64,000 nucleotides of DNA from an uncultured Phycisphaerales bacterium (GCA_963758525.1 CAVWVQ010000005.1:160001-224000); one strand, 5' to 3'; numbered from the stretch's first letter, positions 52,116-63,230 are shown. A program made the numbers and translations. Notes: generated by a model not told the origin, from the sequence alone.

Positions 52116-52160
52116 TCCCGTGGATTTGCATCCGAAATTGTCGCGCGCGACACTTGATGC

Positions 52161-52727
52161 ATGCCGATCGCGTCACGTGCCGCGCCCGCATGGAACAACT
52201 GGTACCACGTCACCGTGCACGTCTACGGCTCGTGGCTTCGCGGCGATCCGCGCGGCTGGCGCGCCCGTCACCACCGCGAGCACGTCGAAGGGGATTACCG
52301 AAGTCCGCCTCCGGCGGGAGCCTTCGACCACCTCTACCGGCTCTCCAAAGCGTTGATGAAGCGCGATCGAATCCGGGTTGCTGCCGGTTTTCGCGAGTTT
52401 ATCGCCCGTGCCATTGCGGAGAAATTGCAGATCGATGCTATCGAAGTGCTGATCGTTTCGATGAGCGACAAACATCTGCATCTCCTGGCGCGGTTTCCGG
52501 ATCGGAATCCGCGGGAGATGCTCGGGTATGCCAAGAAATACGCGACGCAGAAGCTGAAAGCCCACGGCTTAGCCGTGGGCTTTGACCTCTAACTCGGAGA
52601 AGGCATCTGGGCGAAACGCTCCCACGCCGAACCCATCAGAAGTCGGGCGCATCAGATCCAGACCTTCCGGTATATCCTCGATCACAGGAAGGAGGGCGCG
52701 GAGGTTTGGCGATTCGACCGCCAGTGA
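52161..52727 (+). pseudogene. RAYT/TnpA-like HUH (Y1) transposase interrupted by an in-frame TAA at 52590-52592
   Basis: WYHVT.HVYGSWLRGDPRGW, DKHLHLL (HUH), K.YAT..L. The same frame continues past the TAA with LGEGIWAKRSHAEPI......TFRYILDH to TGA 52727. Confidence 0.8.
52550..52584 (+). repeat. REP copy 2, inside the transposase coding frame
   Basis: Exact 35-bp direct repeat of 52081-52115; translates as KLKAHGLAVGF. Confidence 0.9.
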
Positions 52728-52899
52728 GACACGGGGAGACACGCACGCCGGGGGCCATCTCAGTTTCCGTCGAAGCTTCGCACGGAGAAAGGTTGCGGCA
52801 ATTCTCGCCATCGAAGCGGTTGCGGCGCAGCGACCGAGTTTCCTTCGAGCTTGATTCGAAAACCTCCTGCGGCTATCGTGATTGAAGCGGAGAATGCTC

Positions 52900-52975
52900 C
52901 GGGGCGTAGCTCAGCTTGGTTTAGAGCACCAGACTGGGGGTCTGGGGGTCGCAGGTTCAAATCCTGTCGCCCCGA
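52900..52975 (+). tRNA. tRNA-Pro(GGG)
   Basis: Acceptor stem CGGGGCG/CGCCCCG, discriminator A; anticodon arm CCAGA-CTGGGGG-TCTGG; T arm GCAGG-TTCAAAT-CCTGT. CCA is not encoded. Confidence 0.96.
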
Positions 52976-53272
52976 TTCGACGAAACAAAAAGCCCTTTGG
53001 CGTTCATGTCATCTGGGTTCAACGCAGAGGGGTCGTTGTTTATCCCGCGCGCGAACCGTACGGCAGCGGGAGGCACCCATGCCTCACCGCCGGCGAATTG
53101 TGAGAAGGGCGCGTGGGGGCCGTTTCGGAGCCGCTCTTTGCGGAATGCCATCGGCGCCCGCAAATGCGCCTTGTTCCTCTTCCCCCAACTTTTCGCGCAA
53201 AAAAGTATTGATTGTGGCGCGGGAGGGAGACGACGCGCGTATAGTTTTCCATGTGGTACCAAGGCGGTTCCT

Positions 53273-53921
53273 ATGGAAGTAACAATTGTTCTTGCCGACG
53301 ATCATGAAATGATTCGATCCGGGCTCCGCGCTGCTCAAGCGGGAGAACGGATTGGTGGTGGTTGGAGAGGCCAAAGACGGGCGCGGCGCCGTCAAAATGG
53401 TCAGCGAGTTGCAGCCGCAGGTCGTGGTCATGGATCTGCACATGCCGGACCTCAACGGCATCGAAGCGGCTCGGCAGGTGCGGGCGGCCAGTCCGCGGGT
53501 CAAGGTGATCGGGCTCTCAGCCAGTTCTGATGAACATTCGGCTCACGAGATGCTCGACGCAGGCGCAGCGGGCTACGTTGGCAAGGCATCTGCCTTCGAG
53601 GACCTGGTCGCGGCCATCCGGACCGTGATGAGCAACAAGGTGTATATCAGCGAAGGCGTCGCCCGGGCGCATCCCCGTGCCGCAGCGGCAGGCGGCGTGA
53701 CGTCGACTGAATCAGCATTCGCGCCGGCCCTGTCGGCTCGCGAACGCGAGGTGCTGCAGTTGCTCGCCTCGGGAAAGGCCACGAAGGAAGTTGCGGCGGT
53801 GCTGCACATCAGCGTCAAGACGGCAGAGACGCATCGCCGCAATCTGATGGAGAAGCTGCAGATCGACAACGTTGCCGAGCTGACCAAGTACGCGATCTGC
53901 GAGGGGATCATCGCGCTGTAG
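53273..53921 (+). CDS. NarL/LuxR family response regulator; frameshift near 53330
   Basis: IVLADDH..IRSGLR, then LL.RE.GL.VVGEA.DG, VMDLHMP.LNG, LSAREREVLQL, TAETHRRNLM.KL. Confidence 0.9.
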
Positions 53922-53929
53922 CCCGGGCA

Positions 53930-56900
53930 TCATCCGGCCGCCTGCGAAGGATCAGGCAACAGTGACTTGACCACCGCGAGCAGTTGATCGGGATCGATCG
54001 GTTTCCCCAGATGTTGCTGAAACCCCGCGTCCAGCGCCCGTTGGCGATGGCCATCACCGGCAAACGCCGTAAGAGCCACCGCCGGGACCGGAGTCAGCCC
54101 GCTGGATTGCTCCCATTCCCTCAGGCCGCGCAGCAGGGAATATCCGTCTTCTCCTGGAAGGCCAATGTCGCTGATCAGCAGATCCGGCCGGGACTGCTTG
54201 AGGGCCAGCGTTGCGGTGGCGGCCCTCTCGGCCGCGATGACAACCGCACCGGCCTGCCGCATCAATTTGATCAGCGCGTTGCGGGTTGCCGCGTCATCTT
54301 CCACGATCATGATTCGCTTATCCGTCAGATCGACCGGATCCCTGGGCCCGGCGGGTTTCTTCTTCCTCCCCGCCTGCTTCAGTTTTGGCAGCGGCAGCCG
54401 AACGACAAACGTGGCGCCCCGCCCGATTCCGTCGCTGTGCGCGTTGATCGTCCCGCCGTGGAGTTCTACGAGCTGTTTTGCGATCGCCAGCCCCAGTCCC
54501 AGGCCGCCTTCCGTGCGCGTCGATGCAGGCTCAAACTGCCGGAACCTCTCAAAAACGTGAGGCAGAAATTCCGGGGAAATCCCGCGCCCGTCGTCCTTGA
54601 CGATCATTTCGATCTCATCCTGATTCCGCCAGAGCCGGACTTGGATGCTTCCGCCGACGCCCGTGAATTTGACGGCATTGTTCAGCAGATTCCAGGCGAT
54701 CTGACGGAATCGTTCGGCGTCCAATTCCACGACGCCGACGTTCTCGTCGAGCTCCGCGGTGACGGCAATGGTCTTGGCCATCGCGGCGGGGGCGATGTTG
54801 TCAAGGGCATCCTTCAGGATCGGCACCAGCTCGACGTTCCTGACGGCCAGGCGCAACTTCCCGCTGGTGATGCGGGAGACATCCAGCAGATCCTCGATCA
54901 GTCCCCGCTGATCTTCCGCGCTGCTCTTGATCGCGCCTAATCCCTCGCGAAGCTGCTCGTCGTTATGGTTGCGATTTTCGCCCAGCAGCTTCGCCCATAG
55001 AATGATCGCCGACAGCGGCGTCCGCAATTCGTGACTCAGGGCGGCGAGGAACTCGTCCTTCAGATGATTGGCTGCTTCGGCCTCCGTTCGGGCCGCCTGC
55101 TCGCGCCGCAGCAGTTGAGCGCGATCCATCTCGATCTGCTTTCGGTCGGTGATATCCAGAACTCCGCCGATCAGGCGAAGCACTTTTCCGTCCACTTTCG
55201 CGGTCGGGCGTCCATATCCGGCGATCCATCGGATGGCGCCGTCGGGATGCAGGGCGCGGAAGTCGGCGGCGTAGTCGCTGCCCTGGGTGAGGGCGTGTTC
55301 CAGCGCGCTCGACACGTTGCTGCGGTCGTCCGGATGGATGCAGGCGATGAACTGCTCGAGTGTGCCGGTGGTTTGGTCCAATGGAATCCCCATGAGGCGG
55401 TTGTGCGTCCGTTCCCACGTGATGACGCCCTTCGCAACGTCCCAGTCCCAGAAGCCCATGTGGGCTGCCTCGATGGCAACGCGAAAGCGCTGCTCGCTTT
55501 CGAGCAGCGCCTGCTCGGCGCGCATTCGCTCGATGAGGTGCGCCGCAAGCCGCGCGTATAACCCAGTCACCCGGAGGATGCGCTGCGGCGGCCGATGCGG
55601 CTCGCTGGCGTACGTCGTCAGGACTCCCTGCAACTCTCCCTGCCGCGTCATCAGCGGCGCGGCCTGCGCGGATCGTTGGCCCAGCGCGGCCGCGGCGCTG
55701 CGAGCGGCGACGTAATCTCGAGCCGTTTCAAAGTCCTCGACGATCACTTGCTGCCCTGCGCGAATCGTCTCGGCGGCCGCCGAACCGAGCAGCGTTTCGT
55801 TAAAACCGGGCTCAGAAACCGTTGCGGGGGTAAAGCCGCGATGGGCCGCGAGCCGCAACGACTTGCTCGCCGGGTCGAAGATCTGGATCGCCCCCATGCT
55901 CGTCTCATGCAGCGTGAGAGCGGCATCCAGAATTTCGTCCAGCGCCGAGGACAGATTGGGCCGTGCCATCAGCCGTTCGGTCAGCTCGTGCAGGCGTGTC
56001 AGAGTTGTCAGCTCCGCGGCGAGGCGTGACTCGCTTTCGCCCAGGTCGGCGGCGGCGCGGACCCGCGTGATCGCGTCCCAGACCCGGTGGGCCACATCCT
56101 CGGCGATCGCGACCTCGGCGGGTGTCCAGTCGCGTTCCGTCGCCTGGGCGATGCACAACACACCGGCAAGCCGGGCGTTTTCCATCCGAGGCACAGTGAT
56201 GTGGGCACGAATCCGCAACATCTCATAAGCAGATCGCTGCTTCCTGGAAAGACTTGCCTCCTTCAACACGTTGCAAACAACAACCGTTTTCCCGGCGCGG
56301 AGCTGTTCCAACAGCGCGGCGTCATAGCCATTAAAATCGTATCGTGCCCCCGGGCTCACACCCTCGCTGACGAATTCGCGGACGAACGTGATGGTGCCGT
56401 TCGGCGCAACCTCGCCGAAAGCCACCCGGCTGGCGCAGGCGCGCACCCAGCAATCGGCTTGATTCAGCCCTGATCTCCTCCGAATCGGTCAACAAGCGCA
56501 GCGTGTCGGAAAGGACAACCAGAAAGGCGTCCCGTTCGGCCATCTGCCGCAGCGACTCCTCCGATTCCTTGCGCCGGGTGATGTCAACAAAGGTGACAAC
56601 GACACCATCGATTCGGTTGTCGGTGGTTCGGTACGGAGTGATCCGCCGCAGATACCAACGGTTGGTGTCCGCGGGAATTTCCCGCTCGCAGGTGATCAGA
56701 CGCTCCAGTGCGGCTTGGGCATCATGGGTGAGATCGGGGTCGGAAAACTTCCGGGCAAGATCGCTGAGCGGCCGGCCGATATCGGAAGCCAGCAGATCCA
56801 GCAGATCCTTCACCGGCGGAGTGAAGCGGCGAATGCGAAAGCGGCTGTCCAGAAACAGCACTGCGATGTCGGTGCTCGTCAGCAGGCTGCTCAGATCGTT

Positions 56901-59156
56901 CCGCGCCGCCTGATGTTCCTCGATCTTCGCCTGCAACTGGCTGTTCACCGTCGACAGCTCCTCATTGAGCGACTGCATCTCCTCGCGGCTGGTCTCCAGC
57001 TCTTCGTTGGTGCTTTGCAGCTCCTCGTTGGTGCTCGTCACCTCCTCGTGGGACGCCTTGAGCTCTTCGTTGCTGGTCTGCAGCTCTTCGACCGTGCTCT
57101 GGAGCTCGTCGCGCACGCTCCGCAACTCTTCGTTCGCCTCTTGAGCGTCGCCTTGCGGAGGCGCTTCGCCGGGCTCGGCGCGCATCTCGCCGTACTCCCG
57201 GAAGCTGACCAGGAAATGATCGGGCGCGGATTTGAGATCCAGCGGCGAAGCAGTCACCGCAATACGCACGCGATGCCCCGGCTCCTTCTCGATCCATCCG
57301 TCCATCACCGACACGGCGGCATTTTCCGCCATCGCGCGATGCAGCGCCGTGCGAATCGGCGCCGCGCGCGCTTTCGCGCGCACAGCGCCAGCAGATCGCG
57401 GGTCGGCTCGCCGCGGGGAGCACTCAAGAACGCTTCGGTGCTGCCATGATAAAAGACGATGCGGTGATCGCGGTCGACCGCCACCGCGGCAGGCGTGTGG
57501 TCCTCGAGGAGCGCGCGAGTGATCAACTGTGGAAGCGACGGGCGGACGCCGGGCGGCCGGGCGTCGGGGGAGGTGCGGGTGTTGCGACCGGCGCCCGCCA
57601 CGACGGGCAGGGGAAACTCCACCGCGCCGTGCCGTGTTGGGCCGACGCGACGGAAGATGCGTGCCTTCTTGTCGAGGGGCTCGAACATGTCGTCGACGGC
57701 GCTGACCGCGGTTTCGCTGGTTCCCAGAAAAAGCGCCCCCTTCGCGAAGCCCAAAGTGCAGCAGCCGGAGCACGCGCTGCTGCACGGACGGCTCCAGATA
57801 AATCAGCAGATTGCGGCAGGTGGCGATGTCGAGCCGGGAAAAGGGCGGATCCTGCAGCAGGTTTTGCGGCGCGAAGACCACGTATTCCCGCAATTCCTGG
57901 CGAACGCGGTAAACGGCATCTTCCCTCTGAAAAAAGCGTTCGAGCCGCGCCGGCGACATCTCCGTCTCGATGCCTCCCGGATAGACCCCGCTCCGCGCGT
58001 TCTGCAGCGTTCGTTCCGCCATGTCGGTGGCAAACACCTTGATATCGAGGCGCTTCCCGCTTTTCTCCGCTTCCTCTGCCAGCAGAATGGCCAGCGTATA
58101 CGCCTCTTCGCCGCTCGAGCAGGCGGTCACCCAGCAGCGTACCGACGATTCATTTTCCCGCGCGGCGATTAACGGCGCGATCACTCGCTCGCGCAGCGTC
58201 TCCCACGCCTCTGGATCGCGAAAGAACCCCGTTACATGGATCAGCAGATCATCCGCCAGCGCCGTCACCTCCGAGGGGCTTTGCCGAAGCAGTTTCGCAT
58301 ACTCCCCGATCTCTGTGAGCCGGCTCAGGCCCATCCGCCGCTGGATCCGGCGGAGCACCGTGGGCTTTTTGTACCCGTTGAAATCCTGCCGCGTGCGGGT
58401 GCGCAGAACCGCGAGGATCTCGCGGACGTGCTGTTGTTCGCGCGCGAGCAATTGCGCCGCGTCCGTCTCCCGGCCGCCACGCGCATAAGGATGATCGGCA
58501 TAGGCCATCAGCACGCCGGCCATGTCTTCGGGGCGCAGAATGTAGTCGGCATAGCCCGCGTCGATCAGATGCCGGGGCATCGAGGGATATTGCGCCGATT
58601 CGGGATCCTGCGCGATGCACAATCCGCCGACCACCTTGATCGCCTGCGCGCCGGCCGAGCCGTTGCTCCCCATCCCGGACATAATGATGCCGATGGCCCG
58701 CTCGCGCTGTTCCTCTGCAAGAGATCGGAAGAAGTCGTCCACCGGCCGATTGTTCCCGGGTGTCGCGAGCCGTTCGCCCAGATGGAGCACTCCGTCTTTG
58801 ATTGTCAGCGTGTGACCGGGGCGGATCACATAAACATGGTCGGGCTCGATGGCAAGCCCCTCCTCCACCTCGCCGACATGCATGGACGTTCTTTTGGAAA
58901 GAATCTCAACCATCATGCTGTCGCGGTCAGGCGGGAGATGCTGAATCACCACATAGGCCATCCCGCTGTTGGGACGCACTGTTCGAAAGAATTCCCCCAG
59001 CGATTCGAGGCCGCCGGCGGACGCGCCAATGCCGACCACGGGAAACGGCAACCGCGGCGGAGCCTCGGCATCAATGGGCTGAACTTCCCTCTCGTCCGCA
59101 GCTCCCGCCGTCGCGGGCAAGTCGTTGGGGGCAATGGTCTCCTCATTGTCGGACAT
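53930..59156 (-). CDS. CheB-CheR-PAS-GAF hybrid sensor histidine kinase with receiver domain; frameshifts near 57735, 57370 and 56440
   Basis: CheB GIGASAGG/QHL; CheR VTGFFRD, ACSSGEEAY, CRNLLIYL; EELQSTNEEL coiled coil; PAS and GAF domains; HELRTPL H-box, N and G boxes; receiver SDIGLPGEDG. Confidence 0.9.
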
Positions 59157-59397
59157 GATTTGACTTTCTGCAGAGGCCAAGCGTGATGGAACGCAAGAGC
59201 CAGTCACATATATCTGCTCACTCTACCCTAAATCGTACGCCCGCCAACAACTGGCTGAGTGAGTTCGGCCGTTAACTAATTCGCGAGCGGGCCGGAGGCG
59301 ACCCTCCTCAATTTTACCGGTTCCGCGGATCGTCGGGGGGGCGTAAGTTTTTTGATTCGGAAAATGAGGGAGCCGTCATCTGATAAAGGAGGATCTC

Positions 59398-60321
59398 ATG
59401 AGTGCCCGCACCGATCAAAAGAACGGAAAGCCCGCACGAGCGCAAAACGGTAAACAGAACGAGCCCGAACCTGCTTTTCCCCGGCAACACCAGAGTAAGC
59501 CCGGGCTGGAACACAAAATGAACCCCAGACCGCGCTATGCGGCGCCGCGATACCGCGCGGCCGGCAAGCTCGAGGGCAAAGTCGCCCTGATCACCGGCGG
59601 CGACAGCGGGATTGGGCGGGCCATCGTGAACCTGTACGCGCGCGAGGGCTCCGACGTCGCCATCGTGTTTCTCCCAGCAGAGACCACTGACGCGCAGGAG
59701 ACCAAGCGGATCGTGGAAGCCTGCGGGCGCGAATGCCTGCTGCTGCCCGGCGATCTGACGGATCGCGCATTCTGCGAGGAGGCGGTCGCGCGAACCGTGC
59801 GCGAGTTCGGCAAGCTCGACATTCTGATTAGCAACGCTGCGTACCAGAATCGTGTTCCCGCATTGGAGAAAGTGACCGACGAAGAGTTCGATCGCACATT
59901 CAAGACCAATGTCTATGCCTGCTTCTATCTATGCCGTGCCGCGGTGAAACACATGCCGCCAGGCTCGGCAATTATCGTCACCAGTTCGGAGACGGGGCTC
60001 GAAGGCTCCGAGCAACTCGTGGCGTACTCCGCGACAAAAGGCGCGATCAATGCGTTTACGAAAACGCTGGCGATGGAACTGGTGGGAAAAGGGATTCGCG
60101 TGAACGCCGTCGCGCCGGGGCCGGTGTGGACTCCGCTCAACACCGCCGACAAGGGAAACCCCGCGGTCAAGGTCAGCAAGTTTGGACAAAAAACGATGTT
60201 CGGCCGGCCCGCCCAGCCCGAGGAGATTGCGCCAGCATACGTGTTCCTGGCGAGTGAAGCCGACTCAAGCTTCATTACCGGCATCGTTCTTGCAGAAATG
60301 GGAAAGACCAAAGCGGGCTGA
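59398..60321 (+). CDS. SDR family oxidoreductase (general stress protein YdaD/YghA-like)
   Basis: RBS AAGGAGG; Q.KPG.E..M.P.P, ITGGDSGIG, YSATKGA, NAVAPGPVWTP, GRPAQPEE. Confidence 0.92.
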   Translation: MSARTDQKNGKPARAQNGKQNEPEPAFPRQHQSKPGLEHKMNPRPRYAAPRYRAAGKLEGKVALITGGDSGIGRAIVNLYAREGSDVAIVFLPAETTDAQETKRIVEACGRECLLLPGDLTDRAFCEEAVARTVREFGKLDILISNAAYQNRVPALEKVTDEEFDRTFKTNVYACFYLCRAAVKHMPPGSAIIVTSSETGLEGSEQLVAYSATKGAINAFTKTLAMELVGKGIRVNAVAPGPVWTPLNTADKGNPAVKVSKFGQKTMFGRPAQPEEIAPAYVFLASEADSSFITGIVLAEMGKTKAG

Positions 60322-60354
60322 TGCCCGGAGATAACTCATTCAAAGAGGTGTCCT

Positions 60355-60645
60355 ATGCCACGCGGCGACAAGTCGTCTTACACAGACAAGCAGAAGCGGC
60401 AGGCCGAACATATTGAAGAGGGATATGAAAAGCGCGGAACGTCGAAAAAGGAAGCCGAGCGTCGCGCCTGGGCGACGGTGAACAAGGAGACCGGCGGCGG
60501 CAAGAAGAGCGGATCGGGGCGTGGAAAGAAGGAAGACCACTCGCCGTCGCGAAAGGGCGGTCGGATCGGCGGGTCGAGTCAGTCTCGATCAACCCGCGCC
60601 AAAGCCGGAAAAAAGGCAGCACGCACGCGTGCGAAAAGCCGGTAG
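60355..60645 (+). CDS. Small basic conserved protein (commonly labelled plasmid stabilization protein)
   Basis: MPRGDKSSYTDKQKRQAEHIEEGY...EAERRAWATVNK..GGG.KSGSGRG; RBS GAGGTG. Confidence 0.85.
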   Translation: MPRGDKSSYTDKQKRQAEHIEEGYEKRGTSKKEAERRAWATVNKETGGGKKSGSGRGKKEDHSPSRKGGRIGGSSQSRSTRAKAGKKAARTRAKSR

Positions 60646-60813
60646 GCGGCGTGATGGCGCGAATGGCGAAGGGGGCCCCGGCGACCCTATCGATCCGAGC
60701 TCGCGGGGGACACGCCGCATCTTGTTTCAGGGTTCCTCAGGACAAAACTGAGAGCAGAGGGAACGGCAATTGCCGGCTGCGCCGCGTCGTTTCTCTCAGA
60801 GGAGATAGTAGCT

Positions 60814-61725
60814 ATGTCCATTTCGCTCAAGCCAATCGATCAGCAGGTCATCGTCATTACTGGAGCGTCAAGCGGCATTGGGTTGGCCACCGCCAAAGAA
60901 GCCGCCAAGCGCGGCGCCCGAGTAGTAGTCGCCGCGCGCAGCCATGGCCTTCTGAACGACCTCGTGTCGCAGCTCAATGACGAAGGACATGAGGCAATTG
61001 CGGTGGAATGCGATGTGTCAAATCGCGAGCAAGTCGATCGCGTTGCACAAGCGGCAATCGACCAGTTCGGCCGCATCGATACCTGGATCAATAACGCGGG
61101 GGTCTCAGTCTATGGCAGACTGGACGAGGTCAGCGAACAGGACAGTCGCCGTGTATTCGAGACCAACTTCTGGGGAATCTACAACGGATCGCTGGCGGCA
61201 CTGCCGTATTTAAAACGCCAGGGCGGAGCTTTGATTAATTTGGGCAGCGAAGTGTCAGAAGCCGTTGTGCCACTCCAAGGCATCTATTCCGCTTCCAAAC
61301 ATGCAGTGAAGGGATTCACCGACGCTCTGCGGATTGAAATAGAGGAAGTGGACAAAGCGCCGGTTTCGATCACCCTGATCCAGCCCACCGCCGTGAACAC
61401 CCCTTATCCGCAGCATGCCAAGAATTACATGGATCGAGAGCCGAAGCTCCCGTCGCCGCAGATCGAGGCCCAGCAGGTGGCCGAAGCGATTCTGGAAGCC
61501 GCCGTAAAACCGACACGACACACAAAAGTGGGCCTGATGTCGAAGGTCAACACGACGATGTCCAACGTTCTGCCTGGTGTTGCTGACAAGATGTCCGCGA
61601 AACAAATCGATCGGCAGCAGTACAGCGAGCGGCCTCGCAACCCCGACGGCGCGCTCTATCAGCCGAGCGAAATGACGGGCGTCGCCGGACAGACTCAGGG
61701 AGCCGGCGGACGTGAATCGAAGTAA
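60814..61725 (+). CDS. SDR family oxidoreductase
   Basis: RBS AGGAG; ITGASSGIG, WINNAG, YSASKHAVKGFTDALR. Confidence 0.92.
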   Translation: MSISLKPIDQQVIVITGASSGIGLATAKEAAKRGARVVVAARSHGLLNDLVSQLNDEGHEAIAVECDVSNREQVDRVAQAAIDQFGRIDTWINNAGVSVYGRLDEVSEQDSRRVFETNFWGIYNGSLAALPYLKRQGGALINLGSEVSEAVVPLQGIYSASKHAVKGFTDALRIEIEEVDKAPVSITLIQPTAVNTPYPQHAKNYMDREPKLPSPQIEAQQVAEAILEAAVKPTRHTKVGLMSKVNTTMSNVLPGVADKMSAKQIDRQQYSERPRNPDGALYQPSEMTGVAGQTQGAGGRESK

Positions 61726-61784
61726 CGTTCCGTAGCGCCGCCGGCAATGGCGGCAGTTTTCGTGGTCACCTCTTTTGACCGGAT

Positions 61785-63230
61785 TCATCGCAACTGCGAC
61801 GATGGCACTTGCTCCGGCCCGACGTGTGAGATGAATTCCGGGTATCCCGGCGCGCCCATCTCCGGAATATCCAGCCCGGCAATCTCCACCTCGGGCGTAA
61901 CGCGGTTGGTGCCGCCTTCAAATCGTGCAATCAGAATGAGGGTGAGCAGGCCGGCCCCGAGGGAATGGGCGATGCAGACGACCACCGCAATGATCTGACA
62001 GAGCAACTGGCCGGCGCCCCCTCCGTAGAACAATCCTGTTACCGGTCCGGCAACGCCGTTGTAACCATCGCCAAAGGTGCCATTGGCAAAAAGTCCGACG
62101 GCAAGCGTTCCCCAGATGCCGCAAAAGCCATGGACACTGATTGCGCCGACCGGATCATCGACTCCGCGCCGCTCGAGGTACAACACGCCGATGGCCGCCA
62201 GCAGCCCCGCAATCCCGCCCACGAAAAACGCGGCAGAGGGTGAGAGAAACGCGCAACCCGCGGAGCTTGCGACGAGCCCGCCGAGCATCCCGTTGCACAT
62301 CACCGACGGGTCGGGTTTGCCGTAAAGGCTCCACATGTAGAATACCGCGCCCAGCGCCCCGGCGACCGATGCCAGAGCGGTATTCATCCCGATGATTCCG
62401 GCTTGTCCGTCGCCGGCCGCAATCGATCGCCCGCTGTTGAGCGCGAACCAGCCGAAGGCGATGATCAGGGTGCCGAGGATGACCATCGGAACGTGATGGC
62501 CGAAGATCGGCCGGGGCCTGCCGTTTTCGTCATACTTCCCAAGGCGCGGGCCCATCGCGATTGACACGGCAAATGCGAGGGACCCGCCGGTCAATTGAAT
62601 CACGGCCGAGCCGCTGTAATCGACCACGCCGTGCCCCAGGCCGCCGTTGATTCCAAGTTGGGCGAGCCATCCCCCGCCCCACACCCAGCAGGCATATAAC
62701 GGAAAGATCACGCCCCCGGCCACCGCGCTGAACACCACGAAGCTCTTGATCTTCCATCTCTCGATGTTGGCGCCGCTTGGGACGCTCGCCGCGATGCTCA
62801 TGAAAACCGCCATGAGCAGAAACCAGCTCGCCGACGGCGCGCTATGGGCAATGCTCCCGAGAAAAAATCCTTTGGCGCCGAAGATGCCCCAGCGATGCGC
62901 GCCAATGCTGAGCGAGACTAACTTGTCGGCGGTCACCTGTGCGTCGAGCGGGCCGGTGACGGCGGCGGCGCCCTTGCTCCCGATGCCGCCGCACATCAGC
63001 GCATATCCGCAGACGAAGAATCCCGTCATGCCCAGGACATACACGAGCATGTTCATCGACATCGTGTGGGCGACGTTTTTTGCGCGTCCCAAGCCGGTTT
63101 CGACCAGGCCAAAACCCGCCTGGATCAACACGACCATCGCAGCAAGCAACGGCGAGTAAGAGATCAGCGACGGAGATGCCATCGCGATCACCGAGCCGGC
63201 ATCTGGGGGAAAACTCAAGAGGTGCATCAT
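61785..63230 (-). CDS. amt: Ammonium transporter (Amt family), divergent pore residues
   Basis: QAGF.LVETG..RAKN, ER, WVWGGGWL, D.SGS, GPRLGKY, NG.L.GLVA, DDPVGAISVHG, E..GLD..E.G..GY. Start uncertain. Confidence 0.9.
   Translation of the reverse strand: MMHLLSFPPDAGSVIAMASPSLISYSPLLAAMVVLIQAGFGLVETGLGRAKNVAHTMSMNMLVYVLGMTGFFVCGYALMCGGIGSKGAAAVTGPLDAQVTADKLVSLSIGAHRWGIFGAKGFFLGSIAHSAPSASWFLLMAVFMSIAASVPSGANIERWKIKSFVVFSAVAGGVIFPLYACWVWGGGWLAQLGINGGLGHGVVDYSGSAVIQLTGGSLAFAVSIAMGPRLGKYDENGRPRPIFGHHVPMVILGTLIIAFGWFALNSGRSIAAGDGQAGIIGMNTALASVAGALGAVFYMWSLYGKPDPSVMCNGMLGGLVASSAGCAFLSPSAAFFVGGIAGLLAAIGVLYLERRGVDDPVGAISVHGFCGIWGTLAVGLFANGTFGDGYNGVAGPVTGLFYGGGAGQLLCQIIAVVVCIAHSLGAGLLTLILIARFEGGTNRVTPEVEIAGLDIPEMGAPGYPEFISHVGPEQVPSSQLR

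Noticed and set aside
52590..52592. Stop-codon recoding (selenocysteine or pyrrolysine) in the transposase
   Set aside because: The codon is TAA, not TGA or TAG, and TAA is used as a normal stop elsewhere in the window.
4260..57740. Programmed ribosomal frameshifting at the split genes
   Set aside because: There are no consistent slippery heptamers or stimulators, and the affected families are not known to be recoded; assembly error is simpler.
612..63159. Many long ORFs antisense to real genes (e.g. 612-1586, 1871-2989, 9019-10227, 20092-21372, 26845-28251, 36422-37528, 38238-39557, 43302-44603)
   Set aside because: These are shadow ORFs expected in high-GC DNA; the opposite strand carries recognisable family motifs.
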